Counted from the first letter of the stretch, positions 1-9,729 are shown. The stretch: 32,000 nucleotides of DNA from Stenotrophomonas humi (GCF_001431415.1 NZ_LDJI01000015.1:28618-60617); one strand, 5' to 3'. The notes: generated from the letters alone by a model not told the origin. Translations and numbers: made by a program.

Positions 1-287
1 TGAAAGGTGCGATGGGAGAAGTAGCGGTGGTAGAACCCGGTGATCGCAAACATCCGGATTGCGTATAGCGCAAGCGCGACGGCAACCGCTGTCCACGACA
101 CGCCCACCCAGATCACGCCCAGGCAGCCGATGTGCAGCGCCGCGAAGGGCAGGGCGCGCATCCAGTCGATACGTTCGCTTTGCTGCGCGGTGATTGCCGC
201 TTCGTCAGCGCTGGCGCTATCGAACCAGCGGCGGACAGTGCGCAGCAGGACCAGACGGCGGCGGGGAAGGGGCGCTGCGGATGACAT
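1..287 (-). CDS. Fatty-acid desaturase, N-terminal part (gene runs off the window start)
   Basis: Manual reverse translation from the ATG at 287-285 gives MSSAAPLPRRRLVLLRTVRRWFDSA...GVIWVGVSWTAVAVALALYAIRMFAITGFYHRYFSHRTF. This shows TM segments followed by the HRxxSHR first histidine box typical of membrane acyl desaturases. It is absent from the ORF track because it is open at the window edge. Confidence 0.55.
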   Translation of the reverse strand, partial: MSSAAPLPRRRLVLLRTVRRWFDSASADEAAITAQQSERIDWMRALPFAALHIGCLGVIWVGVSWTAVAVALALYAIRMFAITGFYHRYFSHRTF

Positions 288-370
288 GGAAGCGTTCTCG
301 ACGAGTTTCCTTGCATCCTCTACGCAGCGCGGCTGCGATTGGATGCAGTGATCTTCTGATTCGGTGCTGG

Positions 371-1138
371 TCATCCCGGCACCGGCCCGCAGCGTGGCAC
401 CAGCGCTTGCTGTAGCTCGGCCTGCCATTGCGACGCGGGGCGCTCTACCGCCGGCTGCGCGAAGCGCACCGTTACCTGCGGGTAATCACCGCGGGCATCG
501 CGCAGATTGCTGGTGCCGCGGAACTCCAGCAGGCGCCGGTCGGCATCGGCGTACACCAGCGACAGGCGCGGCGCGATCTCCCCGTACCAGGCATCCAGCT
601 GCACCTCGATGGATTGGGCTGGCATGCCCTGCCAGCGAACCGCACCGGTACGTTGCACCTGCACCGGGTAGTAACGCTGCCGGCCGGGCACCAGGAACTG
701 CAGGGCCAGGCGCTCGCCCTGCATCAGCCGCTGCCAGTGGCTGCGTACGGCAGCGTCGAAACCCGCATCGATCACTGCATCGGCCGGAAGTGGCAGCCGC
801 TGCGTGCGCGTTCTTGCCTGCGTGTCCTCCTTCCAGCTCAGTTGCACGCCGCTGTCGGTTATCTCGATGCTTGCCGCCTGGCCGCTGCGGCGGTCTTCCA
901 GCCGATAACCGGGTGCCTGAACCGGGCCGCTGACCCTCAACTGCTTGCGCGCGAAGGGCTCGCCGCCGGGGCACAGGTACTGCACCCAGCGCTCGCCTGC
1001 TTCACCGGCGCCGCGCTGCCAGTGCACTTCCCGGTAGGCGACGGTGCCGGCCGTGGTGGTGGCAACGCCTTCGCTGCGCAACAGCGGCGTGGCCGATGCC
1101 GCCAAGGGCGGGCACAACAACAGGCAGAGCATGCGCAT
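371..1138 (-). CDS. Exported hypothetical protein (cleavable signal peptide)
   Basis: ORF 371..1162. The internal start MRMLCLLLCPPLAASA at 1138 gives a classic signal peptide. It is co-directional with and just upstream of the desaturase, and divergent from the ECF sigma gene. No family recognised. Confidence 0.5.
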   Translation of the reverse strand: MRMLCLLLCPPLAASATPLLRSEGVATTTAGTVAYREVHWQRGAGEAGERWVQYLCPGGEPFARKQLRVSGPVQAPGYRLEDRRSGQAASIEITDSGVQLSWKEDTQARTRTQRLPLPADAVIDAGFDAAVRSHWQRLMQGERLALQFLVPGRQRYYPVQVQRTGAVRWQGMPAQSIEVQLDAWYGEIAPRLSLVYADADRRLLEFRGTSNLRDARGDYPQVTVRFAQPAVERPASQWQAELQQALVPRCGPVPG

Positions 1139-1351
1139 GGTGGCATCCGGCGTCGAATGCACTGCCTACGCGCGGGGCCGGCGATTGGATGCAGGCAGCG
1201 AGTGCATCCAATTGCCGCCGCCGTGCGTAGCAAGGACACCACATTCACTCCAACGCCGCCCACGCAGATGTACCCTGACCCCGGCAAAGCCCCTTCCCCT
1301 TTCGACACCGCGCGGATCGTGTCCAGTTCACAGCAGCTGAGCAAAGAGCCA

Positions 1352-1891
1352 ATGAACTGGACCGGCGACATGGACGGTGTGGCGCGGCTGCGTGACCGCG
1401 ACTGTTTCATGCGCATATACGACCATTTCATGCCGCGCCTGTGCGTCTACCTGCGTGGCTTGGGCGACCCCGCGGCAGTGGCCGAGGAGCTGGCACAGGA
1501 ATGCCTGTTGCGGCTGTGGCTGCGCGCGGCTGACTACGACCCGGCGCAGGGCGCGCTGAGCACCTGGCTGTACCGCATCGCGCGCAACCTGCATATCGAC
1601 CGCGTGCGCCATGAGCGCAGCTGGACGCTGGTGCAGGCAGCCGTGGAAGACGCCGCTGCCAGCGACGTGCTTGAGCGCAGCAGTGCCGAGCAGTTCGCCG
1701 ACCACGCACGGCTGCGGCAACGCATCAACGAACTCTCCGCCGTGCAGGCGCGGCTGGTGCGGATGTCCTATTTCGAGGCGAAGAGCCACGGCGAGATCGC
1801 ACAGGCGTTGGGGATGCCCTTGGGAACGGTGAAGTCACATCTGCGGCGGGCGTTCGTGCTGCTGCAGTCCAAGGTCGGGGGTGCGGCATGA
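1352..1891 (+). CDS. ECF-type (sigma-70 family) RNA polymerase sigma factor
   Basis: C-terminal 179 aa of ORF 428..1891, starting at the in-frame ATG at 1352 (MNWTGDMDG...). Region 2 (LAQECLLRLWLRAADYDPAQGALSTWLYRIARNLHIDRVR) and region 4 HTH (MSYFEAKSHGEIAQALGMPLGTVKSHLRRA) are recognisable. The long N-terminal extension of the ORF is a high-GC artefact. Confidence 0.85.
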   Translation: MNWTGDMDGVARLRDRDCFMRIYDHFMPRLCVYLRGLGDPAAVAEELAQECLLRLWLRAADYDPAQGALSTWLYRIARNLHIDRVRHERSWTLVQAAVEDAAASDVLERSSAEQFADHARLRQRINELSAVQARLVRMSYFEAKSHGEIAQALGMPLGTVKSHLRRAFVLLQSKVGGAA

Positions 1892-2568
1892 ATCCGCATC
1901 ACCACCTGCACGAATCGACCTTGATGAGCTATGCCGCCGGTGCCCTGCAGGCGCCGTTGAGCATCGTTGCCGGCGTCCATCTTGAGCAGTGCCCACACTG
2001 CCGCAAGCGCCTGCGTGAAGCCGAAGCGGTCGGCTCGGCATTGCTTGAACAAACCCAGCCCGTGCTTGAGGAAGCGCGGCGCGAAACGCTGCGTGCTGCC
2101 ATACTGGCGCAGCTGATGGAGCCCAGCACGACCGCGATGCCGGAGCAGCCGCCAGAGCGCCCCTTGCCGCCAGAGCGCCCGCAGGCCGACCCGGAGTATC
2201 TGCCGGCATCGCTGCACCCTTACTTCGGTGATTCGCTGGGTAGCCTGCGTTGGCGTTGGATGGCGCCGGGTGTGCATTGCATCCGTGCGAAGCAGATGCC
2301 GTCCCTGATCATGCTGAAGATCGCGCCGGGCAAGTGCCTGCCGATGCACAGTCATGGCCGCAGTGAACTCACACAGATCCTGCGCGGCTCGTACAACGAT
2401 GCCTTGGGCTTGTTCGCACCCGGCGACGTGGCAGACCTGGATGGCGACGTCGAGCACCAGCCGGTAACGGCACCCGGTGTGCCATGCATCTGCGTGTCGG
2501 CGCTGGATGCACCGTTGGTGTTCAGTGGCTGGTTGGCGCGCAAAGTGCAGCGCTTCGTCAAACTCTAG
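1888..2568 (+). CDS. chrR: ChrR-type anti-sigma factor (zinc-binding N-terminus, cupin C-terminus)
   Basis: ATGA start/stop overlap with the sigma gene (1888-1891). It has the N-terminal H-x3-C-x2-C motif (HLEQCPHCRKR). The C-terminal cupin-like part (KCLPMHSHGRSELTQILRGSY...) matches ChrR architecture. Confidence 0.75.
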   Translation: MNPHHHLHESTLMSYAAGALQAPLSIVAGVHLEQCPHCRKRLREAEAVGSALLEQTQPVLEEARRETLRAAILAQLMEPSTTAMPEQPPERPLPPERPQADPEYLPASLHPYFGDSLGSLRWRWMAPGVHCIRAKQMPSLIMLKIAPGKCLPMHSHGRSELTQILRGSYNDALGLFAPGDVADLDGDVEHQPVTAPGVPCICVSALDAPLVFSGWLARKVQRFVKL

Positions 2569-2587
2569 TTCGCACGGGACGCAAGCG

Positions 2588-3271
2588 ATGAACGATGCCG
2601 GACGCCTGAAGATCGTGTTGACCGGGGCCAGTGGGCTGGTCGGTCAGGGCGTGGCATTGGCCTGCGCCGGTTCCGCGCACGTCAAGCGCACGGTCGCGCT
2701 GGTGCGGCGTGCGGGCGGGCTGGTGACGGCGACCGAGGAGTTGGTGCTGGAGGACTTCCAGCAGGCACACCGCCGGCGCGCCGATCTGGTTGGCTTCGAT
2801 GCCTGCTTCTATTGCGCAGGTGCGGCACCGGTTGGCACTGCGGAAGAGGAGTACCGGCGAGTCACGCTGGACACCACGCTGGCGGTTGCGCAGACCTGGT
2901 TTGCAGCCAATCCACAGGGCATGTTCCTGTATGTATCAGGTGCCCACGCCAACCCTGAAAGCCACATCATGCCGCTGCGCATCAAGGGCGAGACCGAACA
3001 GGCATTGGTGCAGCTGTCAGGACGGACGGTGATGCTGCGGCCGGGTGGCGTGTGCCCGGTTACCGGCACGGGCACCCGCCATAGGCTGTTGAAGCCACTG
3101 TATGTGCTCGGCGGGCCGCTGATGCAGCTGGCAGGCGCTGCGCTGCCGTCGATGGTGACCAGCAACCTGAGCGTTGGCCGCGCGATGATCGCGCTGGCGC
3201 GCATGCGTGATCCACCGGATGTGGTGGAATGCGCGCAGATAAACCAGCTTGGAGATGCCAACGCGGCGTGA
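2588..3271 (+). CDS. NAD(P)-binding Rossmann-fold protein (atypical SDR/epimerase-like)
   Basis: In-frame ATG at 2588 within ORF 2477..3271. Glycine-rich dinucleotide motif KIVLTGASGLVGQGV near the N-terminus. Confidence 0.6.
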   Translation: MNDAGRLKIVLTGASGLVGQGVALACAGSAHVKRTVALVRRAGGLVTATEELVLEDFQQAHRRRADLVGFDACFYCAGAAPVGTAEEEYRRVTLDTTLAVAQTWFAANPQGMFLYVSGAHANPESHIMPLRIKGETEQALVQLSGRTVMLRPGGVCPVTGTGTRHRLLKPLYVLGGPLMQLAGAALPSMVTSNLSVGRAMIALARMRDPPDVVECAQINQLGDANAA

Positions 3272-3315
3272 TCCTGCAAGTGCAATGCAGTGCATAGGCT
3301 GCAGAATTCGCTTGC

Positions 3316-3801
3316 TTACAACAGCCCTGGATTCGCCTGCCAGACCGCATGGTTGAGCACGCTGGCAAAGCTCACCCACGCGAGGTAGGGCAGCAGCAGG
3401 CAGGCCGCCAGCTTATGAATGCGCCAGAACGCAATCAGCGTGGCAACGATCAACACCAGTAGGAGCAGGATGTCGGCAAAGGCTAGCGCACCTTGTTTCC
3501 AGCCGAAGAACAGCCAGCTCCACAAGGTGTTGAGGCTCAGCTGCAGCAGGTACAGCATCAAGGCCGGTGCTGCCGCGCCCCAACCGCGTTCGCGCCAGAC
3601 AAGGAATGCCGCCAGCGCCATCAGTGCATACAGTGCGGACCACACCGGCCCGAACAGGCTAGCCGGTGGTGCCCATGCAGGCAGCGCAAGATTGGCGTAG
3701 AAACTGGCGGCAGAGATGGAGGCGCGTGCGCCCAGCGCAGCGGCAAGGAAGGTGATCAAGGCCCAGCCCGAAAGTCCAAGTAGTTGTCCGCGCATCTGCA
3801 T
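3316..3801 (-). CDS. tspO: TspO/MBR tryptophan-rich sensory protein
   Basis: ORF 3316..3870 with probable start MQMRGQLL at 3801. It is a five-TM, Trp-rich protein with typical motifs (LALPAWAPPASLFGPVWSALYALMALAAF, NTLWSWLFFG, PYLAWVSFASVLN). Confidence 0.85.
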   Translation of the reverse strand: MQMRGQLLGLSGWALITFLAAALGARASISAASFYANLALPAWAPPASLFGPVWSALYALMALAAFLVWRERGWGAAAPALMLYLLQLSLNTLWSWLFFGWKQGALAFADILLLLVLIVATLIAFWRIHKLAACLLLPYLAWVSFASVLNHAVWQANPGLL

Positions 3802-4176
3802 GTCTAGTGCTTGTCTCTTGCTTCGTGATCGTGTCCAAGTCATACGAGGCAGCGAAGGGTTTGGATGCACTCATTAGGACTAGTGACGGCACCGCTCTTT
3901 CAAAATACTTACTCAGTGGCCTTTGAGGGCCGGTAAACTTTGCAGAGGAAGGGCCCCGTGATCCAGTTCCTAATGAGAAGCGCTGTCTTATGCGCAGAAC
4001 GGGCCTCGCCGATGCCAGGATTCGAAGATGGTTTGGTTTTTTTGGCGTGAGGGACGATGTGAGTAATACATCCTTGGGTAGGTTTATTAACCTTAAATTT
4101 CAAATAGATATGTTTTATTTGTGATTGATGGTGGGGAGCAGGGGCTGACCAATTCGGCAGCCAGCAAGTGGGTGCA

Positions 4177-5610
4177 ATGGGGAGAGCAGGCAGAGTGGAA
4201 AACAACGTCTTGGTGTCGCCTGTAAGTGCGTGGGCCAGGGGCCTGCAGCGATGGCGAAGCATGCTGCACTGGGTGCTGGATGTGCCAGTAGTCGATCCGG
4301 TGGATCGACGTAATGCGCCGATGCTTCAGTTGGTTTCCTTCCTGCTGGCGGTGCTCCCGACGGCCGCTTGGTGCTATCGGGCGTTGCTGGTGGATATCCC
4401 GTGGCGGCCGGGTGAAGTCACCGGCATGGTGTTCGGCCTGTCCGTCAGTGCCATCGCCGCATTGAGCTTGGTGCTCGTGCGCAAAGGGAAATTCAGGCCA
4501 GCCTCCCATGCGTTGCTGGCAGTGTTCGCAGCGACAGTGATTCCCGCCTACCTGGTCGCAGGTTTTGGTGGGCAGCGGTTCGAGCAGCCGGTCCTGGCCA
4601 TCTGGATGGCGATTGCTGCGCTAGCGGTGGGGCGTGTGGCTTTGTGGCTGATGTTCCTCTGCATCGCCGCGGCCTTCGGGCTGGGGATAGCAGTGGATAT
4701 CGGAAAGCAGGGCAAGGCGGTCGAACTCTTGGGCGATGCGGCTTTCAGTATGGCCATCTTTCTGATGATTGCTGTCGTGCTGGACCGAAGCTCTGTCGCC
4801 CTCCGCGAAAGCCTTCGGGAAGCGCAGACACGCGGGGACGCATTGGATGTCGCCAACCGGCGCTTGAAGGAAGAAATGGCGGAGCGCGAGCGCACCTTTG
4901 CACAGTTGGTCCAGGCGCAAAAGATGGAAGCCGTCGGTAGGCTCGCAAGTGGGGGCGCCCACGACTTCGGCAATGTCCTGTCAGTGGCAGGCGGGTACGT
5001 ACGCAGGGGGCTGCACTCCGGCGGCGAGGCGCAGATGCGTGAATCGCTGGTCGGTATCGATTCGGCGGTGAGCCGGGCCAACCTGTTGACTCGCCGGCTG
5101 CTGTCGCTCGTTCGACAGGAGGAGGGCGTGGAGGAGTGGTTCGATCCGGGCGAGGCGTTGACTGCGCTGATTCCGATGATTCGGCAATTGATGGGGCCGG
5201 ATGTGAGAGTCGAAGTCACGCTCAATGAGAATCTGCCTTCGATATTCTTCGATCGGATGCAGTTCGACCTGATGATTTTGAACGTCGTCGCGAACGCGGA
5301 TCACGCCATGCCCGATGGCGGCTGCTTCTCCCTGCGGGCACGTAGGAACGGCAGCCGGTTGGTGCTGGATCTGGCCGACACCGGGGCAGGCATGGAAGAC
5401 GATGTGCTGGCGCATCTTTTCGAGCCATTCTTCACTACCAAGCCACGCGGGCAGGGCAGCGGGCTTGGGCTCTCGGTCGTTCGTGACTTGCTCCAGCGGG
5501 CAGGAGGCACGGTTAGTGCCGAGAGCAGTGCACGCATCGGAACAACGATTTCCATGCGATTTGCCGACGATCTGGCGGAAGTGTCTGAGGCAAGAGCTGA
5601 AAGCTGTTAG
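4177..5610 (+). CDS. Membrane sensor histidine kinase
   Basis: ORF 4168..5610; the start is ambiguous (GTG 4168, ATG 4177, ATG 4261). It has a multi-TM N-terminus and a coiled-coil linker. Kinase motifs present: H-box GGAHDFGNVLSVAGGY, N-box LNVVANADHAM, G1 DTGAGM, G2 GSGLGLS. Confidence 0.8.
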   Translation: MGRAGRVENNVLVSPVSAWARGLQRWRSMLHWVLDVPVVDPVDRRNAPMLQLVSFLLAVLPTAAWCYRALLVDIPWRPGEVTGMVFGLSVSAIAALSLVLVRKGKFRPASHALLAVFAATVIPAYLVAGFGGQRFEQPVLAIWMAIAALAVGRVALWLMFLCIAAAFGLGIAVDIGKQGKAVELLGDAAFSMAIFLMIAVVLDRSSVALRESLREAQTRGDALDVANRRLKEEMAERERTFAQLVQAQKMEAVGRLASGGAHDFGNVLSVAGGYVRRGLHSGGEAQMRESLVGIDSAVSRANLLTRRLLSLVRQEEGVEEWFDPGEALTALIPMIRQLMGPDVRVEVTLNENLPSIFFDRMQFDLMILNVVANADHAMPDGGCFSLRARRNGSRLVLDLADTGAGMEDDVLAHLFEPFFTTKPRGQGSGLGLSVVRDLLQRAGGTVSAESSARIGTTISMRFADDLAEVSEARAESC

Positions 5611-5676
5611 TGATGGCTGTCCAGCATCTGCGGTCGGCCTGGCTGCGATGAATCAGATGGCGATGGGCTTGCCGGT

Positions 5677-6075
5677 TTAGGAGATGTAGGCGACAAGCCG
5701 CTTGCCCACGACGGCCACCATGCTGGAGAGCAGGTCCACGTCCACGGGGTGCTCCAAGTCCAGCGCCTGCGCGGGAATGCTCAGCGACTTGGCCAGCGCC
5801 TCGTGCGTCATCCGGCTCTTTACGATCTCGTTGTGCACCAGGACCTTGAGGGACTCGCCGGTCGATAGATGGATGTTGACGCCGTTACTCGGTTTGGTAC
5901 GCGGCAAAGGGACGGGAGCGCCAGCCTGTAACTTTCTTTGTATCTCCGACCTCAGCGCGGAGCCGAGGCTTTTTTCCAGATGATTTGCATTCGATGTGGA
6001 AATCTCCGGCCAATCTGTCAGATGCATCACAGGATGGCTCGAGCTTCCTTCGAATCTCACGGAATATACGAACAT
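5677..6075 (-). CDS. hicB: HicB-family antitoxin-like protein with C-terminal HTH
   Basis: 132 aa. The N-terminal YSVRFE...HLTDWPEIST part resembles the HicB RNase-H-like fold. The C-terminal part (LKVLVHNEIVKSRMTHEALAKSLSIPAQALDLEHPVDVDLLSSMVAVVGKRL) resembles the HicB DNA-binding tail. Recognised from memory only. Confidence 0.55.
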   Translation of the reverse strand: MFVYSVRFEGSSSHPVMHLTDWPEISTSNANHLEKSLGSALRSEIQRKLQAGAPVPLPRTKPSNGVNIHLSTGESLKVLVHNEIVKSRMTHEALAKSLSIPAQALDLEHPVDVDLLSSMVAVVGKRLVAYIS

Positions 6076-6295
6076 ATGCTTATTCGGGCGACACAGTTGG
6101 GTCGACTGCGCAGGCCACGCTAGACAGTGCAGGGCAGGTTGATTGTGATTTTGCGCCTCGGACTATATTGATCGCTATTACGCTTTGCACGCACGCAGCT
6201 TCACCCATTGCGTGGAAGAAGGATGCGTGCAGCGGTTCATGACGATCCTGGTGCTGGTTGGGTGTAACCCACCGAACGGCTGGGTATTTCAGTAC

Positions 6296-7510
6296 TCAAC
6301 TGGAAGTGCTGGCAACCGATTTCCACGGATTCGGCAACCGACCATTGAGCACAGCGTAGGCCACCAGTCCAATCATCAGTCCCCAGAACGCACCGCCAAC
6401 TCCCAACAGGCTGATGTTCGCAGCCACCGCCAGGAAGGTGATCAAGGCCGCTTCGCGGGTCTTGGCGTCGGCCATCGCATTGGCGAGGCTGCCGCCGATG
6501 GCGCCCAGCAACGCCAACCCCGCCAACGTGGTGATGAACGTCGCCGGGAAAGCCATGAAAACAGCCGCCAGCGTCACTCCAAATACGCCAACCAGAATGT
6601 AGAACACGCCAGCGGCAATGCCGGCGATCCAGCGCTTGGAAGGATCTTCCTGCGCTTCGCGTCCTGTGCAGATGGCAGCCGTGATTGCGGCAATGTTGAA
6701 GGCGTGCGACCCAAACGGTGCCATTAGCAGGGAGCCGAGACCGGTCGTCGTCACGATGGGATTGGCGCTGGTCTTGAAGCCGTCACCACGCAGTACAAGC
6801 ATGCCGGGCATGTATTGGCCGGTGAGGGTGATCACGAACAGCGGCAGCGCCACGCTCAGCAGTGCATTGAGCGAAAACACCGGCATGGTGAAGACGGGCG
6901 CGGCCAGCTTGAGATGCAGTCCTGACAGATCGGTGCGATCTTGAATCAGCAGAAAGGCCAGCCCCAGCACCAGGATGCCCACCACTGCATAGCGTGCAGA
7001 GAAGCGCTTGAACACTACGTAGGCAACGATTAACAGCCCAACCAGTAGCGGATCAATGCTCATGCCGCCGAACGCGCCGATGCCGAACTGCAGCAGGATG
7101 CCTGCCAGCAGTCCAGCGGCGACACCTGACGGGATCAGACGGATGACACGTTCGAACCAACCCGACAACCCCAACACCACAAATGCCGCTGCTGAGATCA
7201 GATAGGCACCTACCGCCTCTGCATAAGGCGTAGTTGCCAGTGCTGTGACCAGAAATGCCGCAGCCGGCGTAGACCAGGCGGTGATGATCGGTTCGCGATG
7301 CCTCCAACTCAGGAGAATCCCTGTCACGCCCACGCCGATGGAAATCGACCATACCCAGGAGGCCGTCAGCTCCGGACTCAGGCCAGCGACTTTCGCAGCC
7401 TGGAACACCAGAATGAATGTGCCGCCGTAGTTGACGATGACCGAGATCAGTCCGGCCACGATGGGATGGGTGAGATCTTTCCAATGAAGGGATGAGGGTG
7501 AAGATGACAT
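6296..7510 (-). CDS. benE: BenE-family benzoate/H+ symporter-like transporter
   Basis: 404-aa polytopic membrane protein. The N-terminal IVAGLISVIVNYGGTFILVFQAAKVAGLSPELTASWVWSISIGVGVTGILLS matches the BenE family signature. Confidence 0.8.
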   Translation of the reverse strand: MSSSPSSLHWKDLTHPIVAGLISVIVNYGGTFILVFQAAKVAGLSPELTASWVWSISIGVGVTGILLSWRHREPIITAWSTPAAAFLVTALATTPYAEAVGAYLISAAAFVVLGLSGWFERVIRLIPSGVAAGLLAGILLQFGIGAFGGMSIDPLLVGLLIVAYVVFKRFSARYAVVGILVLGLAFLLIQDRTDLSGLHLKLAAPVFTMPVFSLNALLSVALPLFVITLTGQYMPGMLVLRGDGFKTSANPIVTTTGLGSLLMAPFGSHAFNIAAITAAICTGREAQEDPSKRWIAGIAAGVFYILVGVFGVTLAAVFMAFPATFITTLAGLALLGAIGGSLANAMADAKTREAALITFLAVAANISLLGVGGAFWGLMIGLVAYAVLNGRLPNPWKSVASTSS

Positions 7511-7573
7511 GGGTTGACGCTGACTCCTGGCAAATCGGTCAAGTGGCTTGTGAAACGTATTTATAGGTTCAAA

Positions 7574-9118
7574 ATGGCTGGATGTTCCCCGCCACTTTTA
7601 CGATTAGGCGCCGGCCAATTGTTCAAGCACGCTCAACTTGAATCCGTAAAAGCCTGGATCGGTGACCCTGTGCATGGGGCGCTGCCGCTGCACGCGCGTC
7701 TCCAGCGAGCCCTTCGCCAATTGATCCTCGACGGCGCGCTTGCTTTGGGTAGGCCGTTACCCGCATCGCGTGCCCTGGCCAAATCGCTGGGTGTTTCCCG
7801 CGACACCGTGGAGGCGGCCTACAGCCAATTGCATGCCGAAGGTTTCATCGAGCGTCGGGTGGGCAGTGGCAGCTTCGTGTCGGAGCGGGTTCAACACTTG
7901 CCGGGCTCTGGCAGACGTCGGCGATCCGCTGTGGATGACAGGACAACACCGCGTCTCAGCCAACGGGGCAGCGCGATGTTTGGCGGCGGTGGTGTACGCG
8001 ATTTCGTGACACCACGCCCCTTCGCGCCCGGTGTGCCGGAAACACGCAGCTTTCCGCTCCAGACCTGGGAGCGTCTGGGGCGTCAGGTGTTGAAGGAATA
8101 CGGCACCGCATCCCTGTTGCACAGCCCGCCACAGGGCATGGAGCCGCTGCGGCAGGCAATCGCTGATTACGCCAATCTCGAACGCGGTGCGCGTGCTACT
8201 CCCGATCAAGTGCTGGTGCTGACTAGTTCCCAGCAGGCCTTGACCCTGTGCGCCACCGTGTTGCTCGACCCGGGAGACAAAATCTTCGTCGAAGATCCCA
8301 TGTACCACGGTGCGCGCAAGGCGTTCGACGCTGCTGGATTGAAGTGCGTGCCGATACAGCTGGATGCCGCTGGCATGCAGGTCGAGCTTCTGCTCGAAGC
8401 AAGCAAGTTATCCGGCGAGCCGGGCAGGGCGGTGTTTCTGACGCCATCACACCAGTTCCCAACCGGAGCGACATTGGCGCTGGATCGGCGCTTGGCCATC
8501 ATTGAATGGGCCAGAGCGTGCCAGGGCTGGATCATTGAAGACGACTACGACAGCGAGTTTCACTACGCAGGAAAACCCACCGCTTGCGTGCAGGGACTCG
8601 ATCCGCATGCGCGGACGATCTACATCGGTACCTTCACCAAATCGTTGTTCCCCGGTCTACGCATTGGCTACATGGTTTTGCCGCCGCAACTGGTGAGGCC
8701 CATGACTGTGGCCCGCACCTTGCTGGATGGTCATAGCGCGCCGATTCCGCAGCTGACATTGGCGCGTTTCATCGAAGGCGGCCACTTCGGCGCACATGTA
8801 CGTACGATGCGCGCCGTCTATGCCGAGCGGCGTGACGTGTTGGCGCGGTTGGTGCGGGAGCATCTGGCTGACTTCGTGGAGCCACTGGTTCCCACCGGCG
8901 GAATGCAGATGCCGTGCGTTTTCGTTCGTGACATCCCCGAGCCTGAGGTCGTGGAGACTGCACGCAGCGCCGGCATCGATTTGTTGGGGTTGACGGCACT
9001 GTATGCGTCGAGCTGCCATAGGGCGGGCTTTCTCATGGGATTCGCGGCCCATACACCGCACGAACTGGAAATCGCGGTCGAAAAGCTGGCAAATGTACTG
9101 CGCGTGCTTTGCCGCTGA
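7574..9118 (+). CDS. MocR/PdxR-type GntR-family regulator with PLP aminotransferase-fold domain
   Basis: ORF 7514..9118; ATG 7574 is preferred because 7514 abuts the divergent benE start. It has an N-terminal wHTH (LPASRALAKSLGVSRDTVEAAYSQLHAEGFIERRVGSGSFV). The large C-terminal class-I aminotransferase-like domain includes the lysine motif (YIGTFTKSLFPGLRIGY). Confidence 0.85.
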   Translation: MAGCSPPLLRLGAGQLFKHAQLESVKAWIGDPVHGALPLHARLQRALRQLILDGALALGRPLPASRALAKSLGVSRDTVEAAYSQLHAEGFIERRVGSGSFVSERVQHLPGSGRRRRSAVDDRTTPRLSQRGSAMFGGGGVRDFVTPRPFAPGVPETRSFPLQTWERLGRQVLKEYGTASLLHSPPQGMEPLRQAIADYANLERGARATPDQVLVLTSSQQALTLCATVLLDPGDKIFVEDPMYHGARKAFDAAGLKCVPIQLDAAGMQVELLLEASKLSGEPGRAVFLTPSHQFPTGATLALDRRLAIIEWARACQGWIIEDDYDSEFHYAGKPTACVQGLDPHARTIYIGTFTKSLFPGLRIGYMVLPPQLVRPMTVARTLLDGHSAPIPQLTLARFIEGGHFGAHVRTMRAVYAERRDVLARLVREHLADFVEPLVPTGGMQMPCVFVRDIPEPEVVETARSAGIDLLGLTALYASSCHRAGFLMGFAAHTPHELEIAVEKLANVLRVLCR

Positions 9119-9297
9119 TCGTCACCAATGGCGCTGGTGAAACTCGGAGATGAAGTCCTCCGTACTGGGCGCTGAGTGCCTCGGTATACGACATCGTAGA
9201 ACCACCGCCGGCGTACACGCCGGCGGCGTCCGAGAGACTCATCTAGCGTTGCGATGGGCCTGCCAGGCAACGATCAGATTGATCTCGCGGTTGGAGA

Positions 9298-9729
9298 TCA
9301 ATTCTCGACCGGGGGTGCCGTGGTTCCCTGTGCACAAGGGATGCGCTCCCCGATGTCGGGCAGGAATGCGGCATTGAATACCTCGTTTAGCTGCGGAAGA
9401 CGGGAGAGCTTGCGTTGTGCTGTGGTCAGTGTGAGACCAGCACGCATGCGTTCCGGATCAATGTCACCCACACCCTGCTTGACGATCCACTCAGCGCCGC
9501 CCATGTCATCCACGGTGTCCATCAGTCGGCCGAGTTCGACACTGGCGTTCTGTTCCGGTTCGTGTGCGACCAGCAGGTCGATGGCAGCCTGCGGCTCGCA
9601 GAGCGTGTCCATGACGCCACGGTTCACCGCGCGCACCAGCCCACGTGCAGTTTCCGGCTGTTCACGCAACAAGGTCGGCGAGACCATCAGCGAGCTGCCA
9701 TACAACTCGGGAACAGCGTCTCTACAACC
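9298..9729 (-). pseudogene. 5'-truncated ABC-transporter substrate-binding protein (NMT1/sulfonate-nitrate-taurine type) fragment
   Basis: Only a C-terminal ~140 codons remain (..DAVPELYGSSLMVSPTLLREQPETARGLVRAVNRGVMD...). There is an in-frame stop at 9730-9732, no plausible start, and phage-derived DNA immediately upstream. Confidence 0.55.

Noticed and set aside
364-1891. Very long plus-strand ORFs (364..933 and 428..1891) covering the region antisense to the exported-protein gene, extending the sigma factor to 487 aa
   Set aside because: The translation upstream of 1352 is Arg/Ala/Pro-rich low-complexity sequence, typical of high-GC shadow frames. Recognisable sigma-70 regions begin only after the ATG at 1352. 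The opposite strand encodes a protein with a proper signal peptide.
3871-4176. AT-rich intergenic region with a T-run and short hairpins, examined for a tRNA, sRNA or integration scar
   Set aside because: I could not fold a cloverleaf, and I saw no direct repeats or att-like sequences. It is most simply the promoter region between divergent tspO and kinase genes.
9033-9242. 69-aa minus-strand ORF downstream of the truncated binding-protein gene
   Set aside because: It overlaps the 3' end of the MocR-type regulator gene. It has no recognisable motif and no RBS, so it is likely spurious.
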